This document shows positions 17,607 to 27,826 of a DNA stretch of 64,000 nucleotides, one piece after another. This DNA is from Desulforegulaceae bacterium (GTDB lineage Bacteria > Desulfobacterota > Desulfobacteria > Desulfobacterales > JACKCP01): contig JAVERC010000002.1 in the NCBI GenBank assembly GCA_034007295.1, positions 7,959-71,958 of the forward strand, read 5' to 3'. The notes under the pieces are model-generated. The model saw nothing but the letters and a program-made list of their open reading frames with translations. It was not told the DNA's origin and did no database searches. Both the position numbers and the translations under genes were made by a program. How positions within the stretch are numbered: the first letter of the stretch is position 1; every line of letters starts with the position of its first letter.

Positions 17607-18317
17607 ATGAAAAATTTAATATATCCTGATATTTGCTTTATTTGCAAAAAAAAATTTGAAAACAAATCTTTTGGTGAAAATAATAATTTCCCTAAAAGTT
17701 TTACTCAGGTTTTTTATGATATTTTGTGCAAGGATTGCTTAAGTAAAATTTCCCCTGTAAATAATTTTAAATCTGATTTTTTTTTAAAAAAAAGGTTTTT
17801 AAATCTGGTTTATTCGTCTTTTATGTATAAAGATTCAATTGTAGACATAGTACATATGTTAAAGTACAATGAACAAACATTTATTGCTGAAAAAATATCA
17901 TGGTTTGTTTTAAAATCTTATCTTGAAATTTACTCAGAAAATTATCCAGAACTGGTTCTTTTTGTTCCAATGCATAAAAAAGCATTCAGAAAAAGGGGGT
18001 TTAACCAGACATATCTTATTGCTTTTCATACTCAAAAACTTGCAAAAAAAATGAATGTTTTTTTTCCTGAAATTAAAAAAAATGTTTTAGTTAAAATGAA
18101 AAATACAAAATCCCAGACAGAATTTAAAGGCAGGGAAAGAAAGAAAAATATTGCAGGTGCTTTTTTAGTAAAAAATCCCCTGGTTATTAAAGGGAAGAAA
18201 ATATTAATTATTGATGATGTGTGCACTACAGGATCAACACTTGAAGAATGTGCAAAAACTCTTTTAAAGTATGGTGCAAAAAAAGTTGATGCCATTACTT
18301 TTGCAAGGGCTTTTTAG
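17607..18317 (+). CDS. comF: ComF-family phosphoribosyltransferase-like protein
   Basis: PDICFIC..LCKDC, RGFNQ and IIDDVCTTGST. Confidence 0.9.
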   Translation: MKNLIYPDICFICKKKFENKSFGENNNFPKSFTQVFYDILCKDCLSKISPVNNFKSDFFLKKRFLNLVYSSFMYKDSIVDIVHMLKYNEQTFIAEKISWFVLKSYLEIYSENYPELVLFVPMHKKAFRKRGFNQTYLIAFHTQKLAKKMNVFFPEIKKNVLVKMKNTKSQTEFKGRERKKNIAGAFLVKNPLVIKGKKILIIDDVCTTGSTLEECAKTLLKYGAKKVDAITFARAF

Positions 18318-18336
18318 AAAAAAAGGAGTAGATAAA

Positions 18337-19131
18337 ATGTTTGAATTAAATTCAGTTAAGGCAGGTTTTGTTCAGTTTGATGTTGTTTACGGTAATTATG
18401 AGCATAATTTAAATGAAGTAGAAAAAGGTCTTGAAATATTAAATAAAAAAGATGTTGAACTTGCTGTTTTGCCTGAAATGTTTAGCTGTGGTTTTGATTA
18501 TGCATCCCTTAGGGAACATGCGGCTAAATCTGCAGAAATTCTCGAAAAAATAGGTAAAACAGCAAAAAAGAACTCCATGGTGATAGCTGGTTCATTGCCT
18601 GAAATGGAAGATGATGAAATATTTAATACAATGTATGTGATTGAAAAGGACGGCTCAATAAAAGATTCTTATAGAAAAATTCATCTTTTTTCTCTTACAG
18701 GCGAGCATAAAAGATTTTCAAGGGGAGAAAAGCCTGTTGTTGCAGATACTTCAATAGGAAGGCTTGGACTTTTGATCTGTTATGACTTAAGATTTCCTGA
18801 ACTTTCAAGGGTGCTTACAGATATGAAGGCTGATATTATTGCAGTTTCTGCACAATGGCCTGTTGTAAGGCAGTTACACTGGGAAATTCTTTTACAGGCA
18901 AGGGCTGTTGAAAACCAGCTTTTTGTAATTGGCTGCAACCGTACAGGAACAGATGACAGGGAATATGGAGGGTCTTCAATTATGGTTTCACCTAAAGGAA
19001 GAATACTTTATAAGGCAGAGGATCAGTTTGAGGCAGGATCGGCTGAACTTGACTTTATGGAAATGATAGAATACAGGTCACAAATACCTTCACTTGAGGA
19101 AAGGGTTTTTGAAGCTTACAAACAAAGCTGA
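18337..19131 (+). CDS. Carbon-nitrogen hydrolase (nitrilase superfamily)
   Basis: LPEM, YRKIHLF and ICYDLRFPE (E-K-C triad). ATG 18337 after AGGAG. Confidence 0.9.
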   Translation: MFELNSVKAGFVQFDVVYGNYEHNLNEVEKGLEILNKKDVELAVLPEMFSCGFDYASLREHAAKSAEILEKIGKTAKKNSMVIAGSLPEMEDDEIFNTMYVIEKDGSIKDSYRKIHLFSLTGEHKRFSRGEKPVVADTSIGRLGLLICYDLRFPELSRVLTDMKADIIAVSAQWPVVRQLHWEILLQARAVENQLFVIGCNRTGTDDREYGGSSIMVSPKGRILYKAEDQFEAGSAELDFMEMIEYRSQIPSLEERVFEAYKQS

Positions 19132-19143
19132 AATGGAGTTTTC

Positions 19144-19896
19144 ATGGCTGATTATGTAAAAGCACCGGTTTTTGAAAAAATTAATGGTCTTTTTCATGGT
19201 TTTTTTTTCAGAACTGGCGGAGTTAGTGTGCCTCCATTTGATTCTTTAAATATTTCCTTTGATGTATGCGACAAAGAATCAGATGTTGTTAAAAACAGAA
19301 AAATTGTTTTAAATGAATTTGGTTTTGACAAAATGATTTCAGTTAATCAGGTACATGGTGTTTCCCATTATATTCCAAAACCGCTTGAAGGGGTTTATGG
19401 TGAGCATCTTTCTAAAAAAAAAGATGCAGATATCATAATTACAGATAACCCGGGACAGCTTCTTTTAATAAAAACAGCTGACTGCCAGCCTGTTCTAATT
19501 GCAGATCCCTTAAAAAAAGTTTGTGCTGCTGTTCACTGTGGATGGAAAGGCCTTATATCCAATGTAGTAATAAGGGCTATTGATATAATGATTGAAAAAT
19601 ATGGGTGTGTTCCTAAAGATATGGCTGCTGCAATAGGGCCTTCCCTTGGGGCCTGCTGTGCTGAGTTTGTAAACTATAGAAAGGAAATTCCAGAATCTTT
19701 GTGGAAATACAGGGTAGGGGAATATAATTTCGATTTAAAGGAAATTTCAAAGCAGCATCTCATAAAAACAGGCCTTGAGGAAAAAAATATCTGGATAGAT
19801 GAAAACTGCACCAAATGCAGGCAGGATTTGTATTTTTCCTACAGGAATAATAAAATAACCGGACGCCAGGCATCTGTAATAGGATGGAAATTTTAA
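19144..19896 (+). CDS. pgeF: PgeF/YfiH (laccase-domain) protein
   Basis: GGVS..SLN, QVHG, TADCQPV, HCGWKG, CTKC and FSYR. Confidence 0.9.
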   Translation: MADYVKAPVFEKINGLFHGFFFRTGGVSVPPFDSLNISFDVCDKESDVVKNRKIVLNEFGFDKMISVNQVHGVSHYIPKPLEGVYGEHLSKKKDADIIITDNPGQLLLIKTADCQPVLIADPLKKVCAAVHCGWKGLISNVVIRAIDIMIEKYGCVPKDMAAAIGPSLGACCAEFVNYRKEIPESLWKYRVGEYNFDLKEISKQHLIKTGLEEKNIWIDENCTKCRQDLYFSYRNNKITGRQASVIGWKF

Positions 19897-19908
19897 AGGT
19901 TTGATATT

Positions 19909-20172
19909 ATGTTCAGGATTTTTTTTGTTTTAAAAAATTTACTTTTTATTTTTCATCTTGGGTTTGGAACAAAACACCTTGGAATAAATAATAAAATTTG
20001 GCAAAAAGATCATTCAATTTTTTCAGTTCCTTTTTATAAAGGGATTTTTTTGTTTCCAAAAAGATTTAAAATGATGAAAAAAAGAGCTTTTATGGGTTTT
20101 TTGCCTTTTGATGATGCAAAAAAACTTTTTCCAGGTTATGCAAAAAAAAATTACAGGAATGATTTTAAATGA
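19909..20172 (+). CDS. Small basic hypothetical protein
   Basis: Fills the operon gap; its TGA overlaps the selD ATG (ATGA). Confidence 0.5.
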   Translation: MFRIFFVLKNLLFIFHLGFGTKHLGINNKIWQKDHSIFSVPFYKGIFLFPKRFKMMKKRAFMGFLPFDDAKKLFPGYAKKNYRNDFK

Positions 20173-21227
20173 GCTGTAAAGATTTTAAAAATTTCCCAAG
20201 ACTTACTGAAACAGTTAAAGCCTCAGGCTGAGCTGCTAAAATCGGGCCAGAGGTTCTGGCCGAAATAGTCAAGGGGTTTCCAAAAACAGAACATGTTAAT
20301 CTTATTGCAGGATATGAAAATTCTGAAGACGCAGGTGTATTTAAAATATCAGAGGATCTGGCTCTTGTTCAGACACTTGATTTTTTAACCCCTGTTGTTG
20401 ATGATCCTTTTATTTTTGGTCAGATTGCTGCTGCAAATTCACTTAGCGATGTTTATGCAATGGGAGGAAAGCCTCTTACTGCAATGAATATTGTCTGCTT
20501 TCCCTCATCAATTTATCCTCCTGATGTTTTAAAGGAAGTTTTGATGGGCGGAAGAAATAAAATTGATGAGTCAAAGGCAGTTCTTCTTGGAGGCCACAGT
20601 GTTGAAGATAATGAATTCAAATATGGTCTTTCAGTTACTGGGACTGTTCATCCAAATAAGGTGAAAAAAAATTCAGGTGCTGTTAAAGGCCATGATATAA
20701 TTTTAACCAAAGCACTTGGAACAGGAATTATTGCAACTGCTTTAAAAGGGCAGATTGCAGATCAAGCTTGTGTAAATGAAATGATAGAAATTTTGACCTG
20801 TCTTAATAAGTATATTCTTGAAATTATTCCAGTATATGAAATTGGTGGTCTTACAGATATTACAGGGTTTGGACTTGCAGGCCATCTCATGGAAATGGCT
20901 GCTGCCTCGAAAAAAAAGACTGTTTTATACAGTGAAACAATCCCTCTTATAACAATGGCAAAAGAATATGCAGATATGGGTCTTATTCCAGCAGGTGCAT
21001 ACAGAAACAGAAATTACTGCAAAGATCATATAGAGATTAAGTCAAAAATAGAAAAGTCTGTTGAAGATATAATTTTTGATCCCCAGACTTCAGGCGGTCT
21101 TTTAATGACAGCTGAAAAAAAAGATTCAGGGGAAATAGTTAATAAAATACGCGATCTTGGCATAAAGGCAGAAATTGTCGGCAGGGTTTGCGACAATCAT
21201 GAAAAAGGGCTTGTTGAAATTGTATGA
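20169..21227 (+). CDS. selD: Selenide,water dikinase, selenocysteine-containing (U at codon 21)
   Basis: ATG 20169 is in frame with the listed ORF: MSCKDFKNFPRLTETVKASG-TGA(20229-20231)-AAKIGP...EDAGVF..QTLDFLTPVVDDPF.FGQIAAANSLSDVYAMGG; also GGHS, TDITGFGL and DPQTSGGLL. Confidence 0.95.
20242..20263 (+). promoter_or_regulatory. Bacterial SECIS-like hairpin
   Basis: TCG(G)GCCAGA-GGT-TCTGGCCGA stem-loop with a G-containing apical loop, starting 11 nt after the UGA. Confidence 0.8.
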
Positions 21228-21482
21228 TTTTATAATTTAATGTTTTTTATAAAATTTAAAATTATACTCTGCTCTAGAACTTAAAATTTTGTTATATTTG
21301 AACTTTATTTTAAAATGTCAGATTTTGAAATTTAATAATTCAGTTTTAATATTGATATTAAAAAAAATGGATAAAAAATACAGTTTTTGTCCATAAATTT
21401 GTAAATATCCCTCAGAAAAAGGGTTTTTAATTGACTAGAAACTGTAATTATGATAGGCGACCTTTTAACCGGAGATTTTAGT

Positions 21483-21695
21483 ATGGGTCAGATGAAATGG
21501 CTTAAAGAGGTTTCCTATTTTGGAAGTATAGGCCTCGGATTTGCATTTTCAATATTTATAGGGCTCTTTTTAGGGCTTTGGCTTGACAAGGTTTTTTCTG
21601 CATCGCCTGTTTTTACTTTTATAGGTTTTTTTTTCGGAGTAGCAGCAGGTTACAGCAGCATAATCAAGTTAATTAAAAGGATAAATAAACTTTGA
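21483..21695 (+). CDS. AtpZ/AtpI-family (AtpQ-like) small membrane protein
   Basis: IG...IFIG...G.WLD...P.FT..G...G..AG pattern; ATG 21483 after GGAGA. Confidence 0.8.
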   Translation: MGQMKWLKEVSYFGSIGLGFAFSIFIGLFLGLWLDKVFSASPVFTFIGFFFGVAAGYSSIIKLIKRINKL

Positions 21696-22099
21696 CTGAC
21701 ACTTCAATAGACAAGGTGCCACAGGTTAGAATAGTAAGGTTTGTTGCTGTATCAAACTGGGTTCTTTTGTTTATTTTTTCAATTGCTTCATATCCTTTAA
21801 AATCAATTGGCTTTACATCCGGAATAATTCTTGGAGGACTTATTGTAAGCATTAATTTTCACCTTCTTTCAAGAACTGTAAAAAAGGCACTTTTACCTGA
21901 CAATCTTAAAAGTCATCAAAGCGTCATAGCAAAGTATTATATCCGCTTTAGCATTAGCGGGGTGATTATATTTTTATTGCTGGCAAACGATATTGTTGCT
22001 CCACCGGGTCTTCTTCTTGGTTTATCTGTTGTGGTTGCAAGTTTTTTTCTTGCCAGTATTCTTGAAATTAAGAAAATAATTTTTAAGGAGGCTGTGTAG
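21692..22099 (+). CDS. atpI: ATP synthase protein I
   Basis: 4 TM segments, GG.IVSINF..L and YYIRF; precedes atpB. Confidence 0.8.
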   Translation: MTDTSIDKVPQVRIVRFVAVSNWVLLFIFSIASYPLKSIGFTSGIILGGLIVSINFHLLSRTVKKALLPDNLKSHQSVIAKYYIRFSISGVIIFLLLANDIVAPPGLLLGLSVVVASFFLASILEIKKIIFKEAV

Positions 22100-22101
22100 G
22101 G

Positions 22102-22791
22102 ATGGAACATCCATATCTTGTTTTGGTAAAACTTTTTGAAATGGCGGGGCTTGGACATTTTGCCCATGCAAATGTGCATGTGATTTATACCTGGTTTGTT
22201 ATGCTTTTACTCATTGGACTGGGTTATCTTGGAGCAAAAAATGTTCAGATGATTCCTGGTAAGGCTCAGAATGTTTTTGAAGCAATTATCTCAGGAATAG
22301 AAAATTTTATGGTAGATACAGCAGGCGAAGAGGGCAGATGGTTTTTCCCAATAGTTGGTACTGTATTTATTTATATTTTTGTGTGCAACCTTTTAGGACT
22401 TGTACCTGGCTTTTATCCCCCAACTGCAAGTCTTAACACAACTGCATCATGTGCACTTGTGGTTTTCTTTGTTACTCACTTCATAGGAATAAAGTATCAT
22501 GGAAAACATTATATCAATCATTTTACAGGTCCTGTATGGTGGCTTATTCCAATTATACTGCCTATTGAAGTGATTGGTCATCTTGCAAGGGTATTGTCCC
22601 TTTCCTTCCGTCTTTTCGGAAACATGATGGGACATGAACTTGTTGTAACAATTCTTCTTACTCTTGCAGGACTTTATCTTGCTCCATTGCCTATTATGGC
22701 ACTTGGAATTTTTGTAGCCTTTGTTCAGGCTTTTATTTTCTTTCTTTTGTCTGTAATGTATTTTGCAGGCTCAATGGAAGAAGCTCACTAA
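22102..22791 (+). CDS. atpB: ATP synthase Fo subunit a
   Basis: LSLSFRLFGNMMGHE and FVQAFIFFLL. Confidence 0.97.
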   Translation: MEHPYLVLVKLFEMAGLGHFAHANVHVIYTWFVMLLLIGLGYLGAKNVQMIPGKAQNVFEAIISGIENFMVDTAGEEGRWFFPIVGTVFIYIFVCNLLGLVPGFYPPTASLNTTASCALVVFFVTHFIGIKYHGKHYINHFTGPVWWLIPIILPIEVIGHLARVLSLSFRLFGNMMGHELVVTILLTLAGLYLAPLPIMALGIFVAFVQAFIFFLLSVMYFAGSMEEAH

Positions 22792-22875
22792 TTTGGGAAG
22801 CGTATTTTTTTTATATTTTCGGGAAATGTTTGGAAGAAGCGTAATTAATTAACTTTTTTAAGGAGGATTTTTCAA

Positions 22876-23154
22876 ATGGAAGCACAGGCACTTAGTTTTT
22901 TTATCGCATCTGTAATAGCAGCTGGTTTTGGTATTGCAATCGCAGCAGCATTCTGCGGCATCAGCCAGGGTATGGGTCTTAAGGCTGCTGTTGAAGGTAT
23001 TGCACGTAACCCTGAATCTTCAGGTAAAGTTACTGTTACCATGCTTATCGGTCTTGCGATGATTGAATCACTTTGTATTTATGCTCTTGTTATTTCTCTT
23101 ATCCTTATTTATGCACATCCTCAGGCTGCAGCTATTGCAAAGCTTCTTGGATAA
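22876..23154 (+). CDS. atpE: ATP synthase Fo subunit c
   Basis: GIARNPE and LAMIESLCIY; SD AGGAGG. Confidence 0.97.
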   Translation: MEAQALSFFIASVIAAGFGIAIAAAFCGISQGMGLKAAVEGIARNPESSGKVTVTMLIGLAMIESLCIYALVISLILIYAHPQAAAIAKLLG

Positions 23155-23192
23155 TTAACTGCTTAAATTTTTGCAGGGTAAGTGAAAAATAG

Positions 23193-23220
23193 AAAAGCCG
23201 GAGAATTTCTCCGGCTTTTT
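23193..23220. terminator. Intrinsic terminator between convergent atpE and uvrA
   Basis: AAAAGCCGGAGA-ATT-TCTCCGGCTTTTT. Confidence 0.9.
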
Positions 23221-23290
23221 GATTTTATGTTTGTCAGCTGTTATTATAAAGTTATGAAAAACAACAGCCTTTGAAAACAATTTGGATAAA

Positions 23291-26110
23291 TTACTGATTA
23301 TCAAGAATTTTTTTCAAAAATTTTCCTGTATGAGATTTTTTGTTTTCAGAAATTTCTTCAGGTGTACCAGATGCTACTATTTCTCCTCCTTCATCTCCCC
23401 CTTCAGGGCCAATATCAATTATATAGTCAGAAAATTTTATCACATCAAGATTATGTTCAATAACTATAACTGTATTGCCGGCTTCAACAAGCTTATCAAG
23501 TACTTCAAGGAGTTTTTTTATGTCGTCAATATGAAGACCTGTAGTTGGTTCATCAAGAATGTAAAGGGTTTTAGTGCCTGTTTTTTTTGATAGTTCCCTG
23601 GAAAGCTTTATCCTCTGTGCTTCACCGCCTGAAAGGGTTGTAGCCTGCTGTCCAAGCTTGATATATCCAAGTCCTACGTCTTTAAGAGTCTGAAGCTTGT
23701 TATTTATAAGTGGTATATTGCTGAAAAATTGACTTGACTGATTTATTGTCATATCAAGCACTTGTGCAATATTTTTTTCTTTGAATTTTATATCAAGGGT
23801 TTCCCTGTTGTATCTTTTTCCTGAGCATACATCGCATTTAACATAAATATCTGGAAGAAAATGCATTTCAATTTTTATAACGCCGTCTCCTGAACATGCT
23901 TCGCATCGTCCGCCCTTTACATTGAAACTGAATCTGCCTGGCTTGTAGCCCCTTGCTTTTGATTCCTCTGTTTTGGCAAATAATTCTCTTATGTAGGTAA
24001 ATACTCCGGTGTATGTTCCTGGATTTGACCTTGGGGTTCTTCCTATTGGTGACTGGTCAATATTTATAATTTTTCTTATGTTTTCAATGCCTTCAATTGA
24101 ATCATATTCTCCTGGACTGAAAATGCTTTGTCCATTGAACTTATTTAAAAGTGCCTTGTAAAGTGTTTCAATTACAAGGGTTGATTTTCCAGAACCTGAA
24201 ACTCCAGTTACGCATGTAAAGCAATTTAAGGGGAATTTTACATTCAGATTTTTCAGGTTATTTTTTTTTGCACCCTTTAATTCAAGAAAAAGTTCAGGTT
24301 TTCTTCTTTTTTTGGGGATTTCAATTTTTTTTCTGCCTGAAAGATATTGTCCTGTAAGAGAATCTGATTTTAAAATTTCTTTTGGACTTCCTTGAAAAGT
24401 GATTTCGCCTCCCAATACTCCTGCTCCAGGACCCATGTCAATTATGTGGTCAGAATGAAGAATTGTATCTTCATCATGTTCAACAACAAGTACTGAATTT
24501 CCAAGATCCCTCATCTGTTTTAAAGTATTTATGAGTTTCAAGTTGTCTCTCTGGTGAAGTCCTATGCTTGGTTCATCAAGAACATACAATACGCCTGAAA
24601 GCTTTGAGCCGATTTGAGTTGCAAGTCTTATTCTCTGGCTTTCTCCACCAGAAAGTGTAGAAGCAGTTCTTGAAAGGTTAAGGTATGACAGGCCAACACT
24701 TGAAAGAAACTCCATTCGGTCATTTATTTCCTTTAAAATCGGCTCTGATATTTTTTTGTTTTTTCCGGAAAAATTAATTCCTGATAAAAATTTTTTTGAA
24801 TCCCTTATTGACATATCACAGATTTCAGGAAGGTTTTTTCCCTCAATTTTTACTGATCTGCTCACAATATTAAGCCTTGAACCATTACATGAAGAACAGG
24901 GTTTAAAATTCATGTACTGCTTTATTTCTTCACGTACAGCTGAAGATTCACCTGATTCAAGATATCTTCTTTTCAGATTTTCAACTATGCCTTCATATTT
25001 TTTTTTGGAGACGGAATTTTTTCCTTTGAACTCGTATTTAAAGGGAATCAGATCATTTGATCCATACAAAATGGTCTGCTGGCATTTTTTTGGAAGCTTT
25101 TCAAAGGGAGTATAAATATCTGCTTCATAATAGTTTAAAATGGATTCTATAAAATCAATAAAATAAAATGATGATCTGTTGGCCCATGGTTTTACTGCTC
25201 CCTGTCTTATTGAAAGCTTTTTATCTGGAACAATTAAGTCAGGATCAATTTCTGTAAGACTTCCAAGTCCGTCACATTCAGGACATGCCCCCTGGGGAGA
25301 ATTAAAGGAAAAACTCGATGGTTTAAGCTCCGGGTAATTGATTTTGCATTTTGTACAGGCAAGTTTTTCACTGAATAAAATATCTTTTTCAAGATCAAGA
25401 TTAACAATTACATTTCCGTTTGACATTTTAAGTGCAAGCTCAACACTGTCTGAAAGCCGTTTTTCTATTCCTTCTTTATTTATAAGTCTGTCTATTACAA
25501 CATCAATTGAATATTTTTTATTTTTGTTCATTTCAGGAAGATCATCAAGATCATGGATTTCATTGTTAATCCTTACCCTTGCAAAACCTTCCTTTTTAAG
25601 GCTTTCAAATGTTTTTTCATGGGTTCCCTTTTTATCAGTAAAAACAGGAGACATAATAATGAGTTTGGATGATTTAGGGAAATTAATTACCTGGTCAATT
25701 ATCTGATCTACGCTCTGTGCTTCAATTCTATCTCCGCAGGAGTAGCAGTAGGGTGTTCCTGTTCTTGCAAACAAAAGCCTTAAATAATCATAAATTTCTG
25801 TAACTGTTCCAACGGTTGATCTTGGATTGTGGCTTGCTGATTTTTGTTCGATTGCAATTGAAGGGGAGAGCCCTTCAATTGAATCAACATCAGGCTTTTC
25901 CATTTGTCCAAGAAACTGTCTTGCATAGGTTGAAAGGGATTCAACATATCTTCTCTGGCCCTCAGCATAAAGGGTGTCAAAGGCAAGTGAAGATTTTCCA
26001 GAACCTGAAAGTCCTGTTATTACAACAAATTTATCCTTTGGAATATCAACGTCAATATTTTTGAGGTTGTGTTCCCTTGCACCTTTTATGGATAAAATAT
26101 TTTTTTTCAT
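23291..26110 (-). CDS. uvrA: Excinuclease ABC subunit A
   Basis: [15 protein letters not shown], zinc fingers, two ABC signatures and [14 protein letters not shown]. Confidence 0.99.
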   Translation of the reverse strand: MKKNILSIKGAREHNLKNIDVDIPKDKFVVITGLSGSGKSSLAFDTLYAEGQRRYVESLSTYARQFLGQMEKPDVDSIEGLSPSIAIEQKSASHNPRSTVGTVTEIYDYLRLLFARTGTPYCYSCGDRIEAQSVDQIIDQVINFPKSSKLIIMSPVFTDKKGTHEKTFESLKKEGFARVRINNEIHDLDDLPEMNKNKKYSIDVVIDRLINKEGIEKRLSDSVELALKMSNGNVIVNLDLEKDILFSEKLACTKCKINYPELKPSSFSFNSPQGACPECDGLGSLTEIDPDLIVPDKKLSIRQGAVKPWANRSSFYFIDFIESILNYYEADIYTPFEKLPKKCQQTILYGSNDLIPFKYEFKGKNSVSKKKYEGIVENLKRRYLESGESSAVREEIKQYMNFKPCSSCNGSRLNIVSRSVKIEGKNLPEICDMSIRDSKKFLSGINFSGKNKKISEPILKEINDRMEFLSSVGLSYLNLSRTASTLSGGESQRIRLATQIGSKLSGVLYVLDEPSIGLHQRDNLKLINTLKQMRDLGNSVLVVEHDEDTILHSDHIIDMGPGAGVLGGEITFQGSPKEILKSDSLTGQYLSGRKKIEIPKKRRKPELFLELKGAKKNNLKNLNVKFPLNCFTCVTGVSGSGKSTLVIETLYKALLNKFNGQSIFSPGEYDSIEGIENIRKIINIDQSPIGRTPRSNPGTYTGVFTYIRELFAKTEESKARGYKPGRFSFNVKGGRCEACSGDGVIKIEMHFLPDIYVKCDVCSGKRYNRETLDIKFKEKNIAQVLDMTINQSSQFFSNIPLINNKLQTLKDVGLGYIKLGQQATTLSGGEAQRIKLSRELSKKTGTKTLYILDEPTTGLHIDDIKKLLEVLDKLVEAGNTVIVIEHNLDVIKFSDYIIDIGPEGGDEGGEIVASGTPEEISENKKSHTGKFLKKILDNQ

Positions 26111-26181
26111 TTAGTCTCTTTATTTTTTTTAATTAAAAATCATACGGCACTTAATTTAATCCGTATTTTTAAAAAATAAAG

Positions 26182-27186
26182 CTATTGTAAAAAATTTTTC
26201 ATATTTGCTGCCTGAACTGCTGCAAGTTTAATTGCCTCAATCATGCTTTTTGGATTCGCAATGTTTTTTCCTGCTATATCATATGCTGTTCCATGGTCTA
26301 CAGAAGTTCTAGGGAAAGGAAGCCCAAGGGTTGTATTTACTCCGTCCTCAAAATGAAGAAGCTTGAATGGAATAAGTCCCTGGTCATGATACATTGAAAG
26401 AACACAATCAAATTTTTTGTTTTTTGCCTGGAAAAATAAAGTATCTGGAGGAAGCGGATCTGAAACATTTATCCCTATTTTTTGTGCCTTTTTTACAGCA
26501 GGAATAATAATTTTTTCCTCTTCATCTCCAAAAAGGGAATCTTCACCTGCATGTGGATTAAGTCCGCAAACTGCAATTCTTGGATTTTTTATTCCAAATC
26601 TTTGTTTGAGAGAAATATCTGAAAGTACAATTTTATTAAAAATTTTTTCTGTTGTAATTGATAAAGGAACATCTTTTAGAGCTATGTGAATAGTTACAAG
26701 AATTACGCAAAGGTCTTTTCCATACATCATCATTGCATATTCTGCCGTGTTTGAATAATGAGCAAGAATTTCAGTATGGCCCTGAAAATTAATGTTTGAA
26801 TTTTTTAGTGTTGTTTTGCTTATTGGTGCTGTTGCAATTGCTTGTGCCTTTTTTTTCATGCAAAGCTCAATTGAATCCTTTATATATGAAAAAACATTTT
26901 CTCCGGTTTCTAGAGAAGGGGATGAGTATGAAAAAGCATGAATTGGCTTTCCAGATTCAATAATTTCTATTGTTTTTCTGCTGTTTGTTTTGTTTTCTGG
27001 ATCATAGACTTTAAAATTAAAATCCATGGAAAAATCCTTTGAGGCTTGTTTCATAACAAATGTGCTGCCTACTATTACGGGTCTGCATATCTCATGAATA
27101 TATTCTTTTTTAAGTGCTTTTAAAATAATTTCCGGACCAACTCCAGACGGGTCTCCCATAGTTATTAATATTGTTGGTTTTTCCAT
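26182..27186 (-). CDS. pdxA: 4-hydroxythreonine-4-phosphate dehydrogenase
   Basis: GDPSGVGPE, GHTE, NPHAGE, MYHDQG and RTSVDHGTA. Confidence 0.96.
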   Translation of the reverse strand: MEKPTILITMGDPSGVGPEIILKALKKEYIHEICRPVIVGSTFVMKQASKDFSMDFNFKVYDPENKTNSRKTIEIIESGKPIHAFSYSSPSLETGENVFSYIKDSIELCMKKKAQAIATAPISKTTLKNSNINFQGHTEILAHYSNTAEYAMMMYGKDLCVILVTIHIALKDVPLSITTEKIFNKIVLSDISLKQRFGIKNPRIAVCGLNPHAGEDSLFGDEEEKIIIPAVKKAQKIGINVSDPLPPDTLFFQAKNKKFDCVLSMYHDQGLIPFKLLHFEDGVNTTLGLPFPRTSVDHGTAYDIAGKNIANPKSMIEAIKLAAVQAANMKNFLQ

Positions 27187-27438
27187 TTTTATTCCTTTGT
27201 TTTTGTTTTTTTTATATACTCAACTAAATTAAAAGATTTGATTTGGTCAAGAAGTTTGTTTTTAAAAAATGATAATAAAGTTTTTACCAAAAACAGTGTT
27301 TGTGATTAGGAAAAGTGTGTTTTTAAAGATGCGTAAAACATCACTATTTCAATGCCTTAAAAAATTGCAAGCTTAAATTTACGAAAAATTAAAAAAAATT
27401 TTAAAAAAAATATTATGAGAGATTGCAGCTTGTTAAAC

Positions 27439-27480
27439 GAAAATCAAAGAAAATCAAAGAAATTAATTGAAAATCAAAGA
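27439..27480. repeat. 10-bp direct repeats in the pdxA/dnaA-like intergenic region
   Basis: GAAAATCAAA at 27439, 27449 and 27469, with a degenerate unit at 27459. Confidence 0.7.
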
Positions 27481-27826
27481 TTTTTAAAAAAACTGAGTTT
27501 TAATTCATCTGAAAAAAAGCTAAAACATACCAAAATACTTAGAAAAAATAAGTTAGCCTAAAAAACCTTGTATCATAGGACTCTTAAAAAAAATATGAAA
27601 AAAATTAATGTTATTTCAAGTAGTTGAATATCTTTGTTAAAGATCTATGAAAACAGCTCTAATTGGATTTAAGTCCGATTGACCATAAAACAGAAGTGGA
27701 TTAATCCTCTTATGCATAAATTTCATGTTGCTTTATTATTCATAAAGTCTTTCTAATCGTTATTAACAAATAAAATTAAATAATTTGAATTAAATTAAAA
27801 TAATCTTTTTTTAAAAAAGTGTTGTT

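Noticed and set aside
20169..20459. selD pseudogene or truncated start at 20460
   Set aside because: The single TGA is at the catalytic Cys/Sec position, followed by a SECIS-like hairpin, and the frame is otherwise intact.
27710..27719. TTATGCATAA identical to the TA operator
   Set aside because: A single AT-rich 10-mer is plausible by chance in this composition.
27187..27826. oriC upstream of the dnaA-like gene
   Set aside because: No consensus DnaA boxes were found by eye and there is no dnaN/rpmH context. It cannot be fully excluded without skew data.
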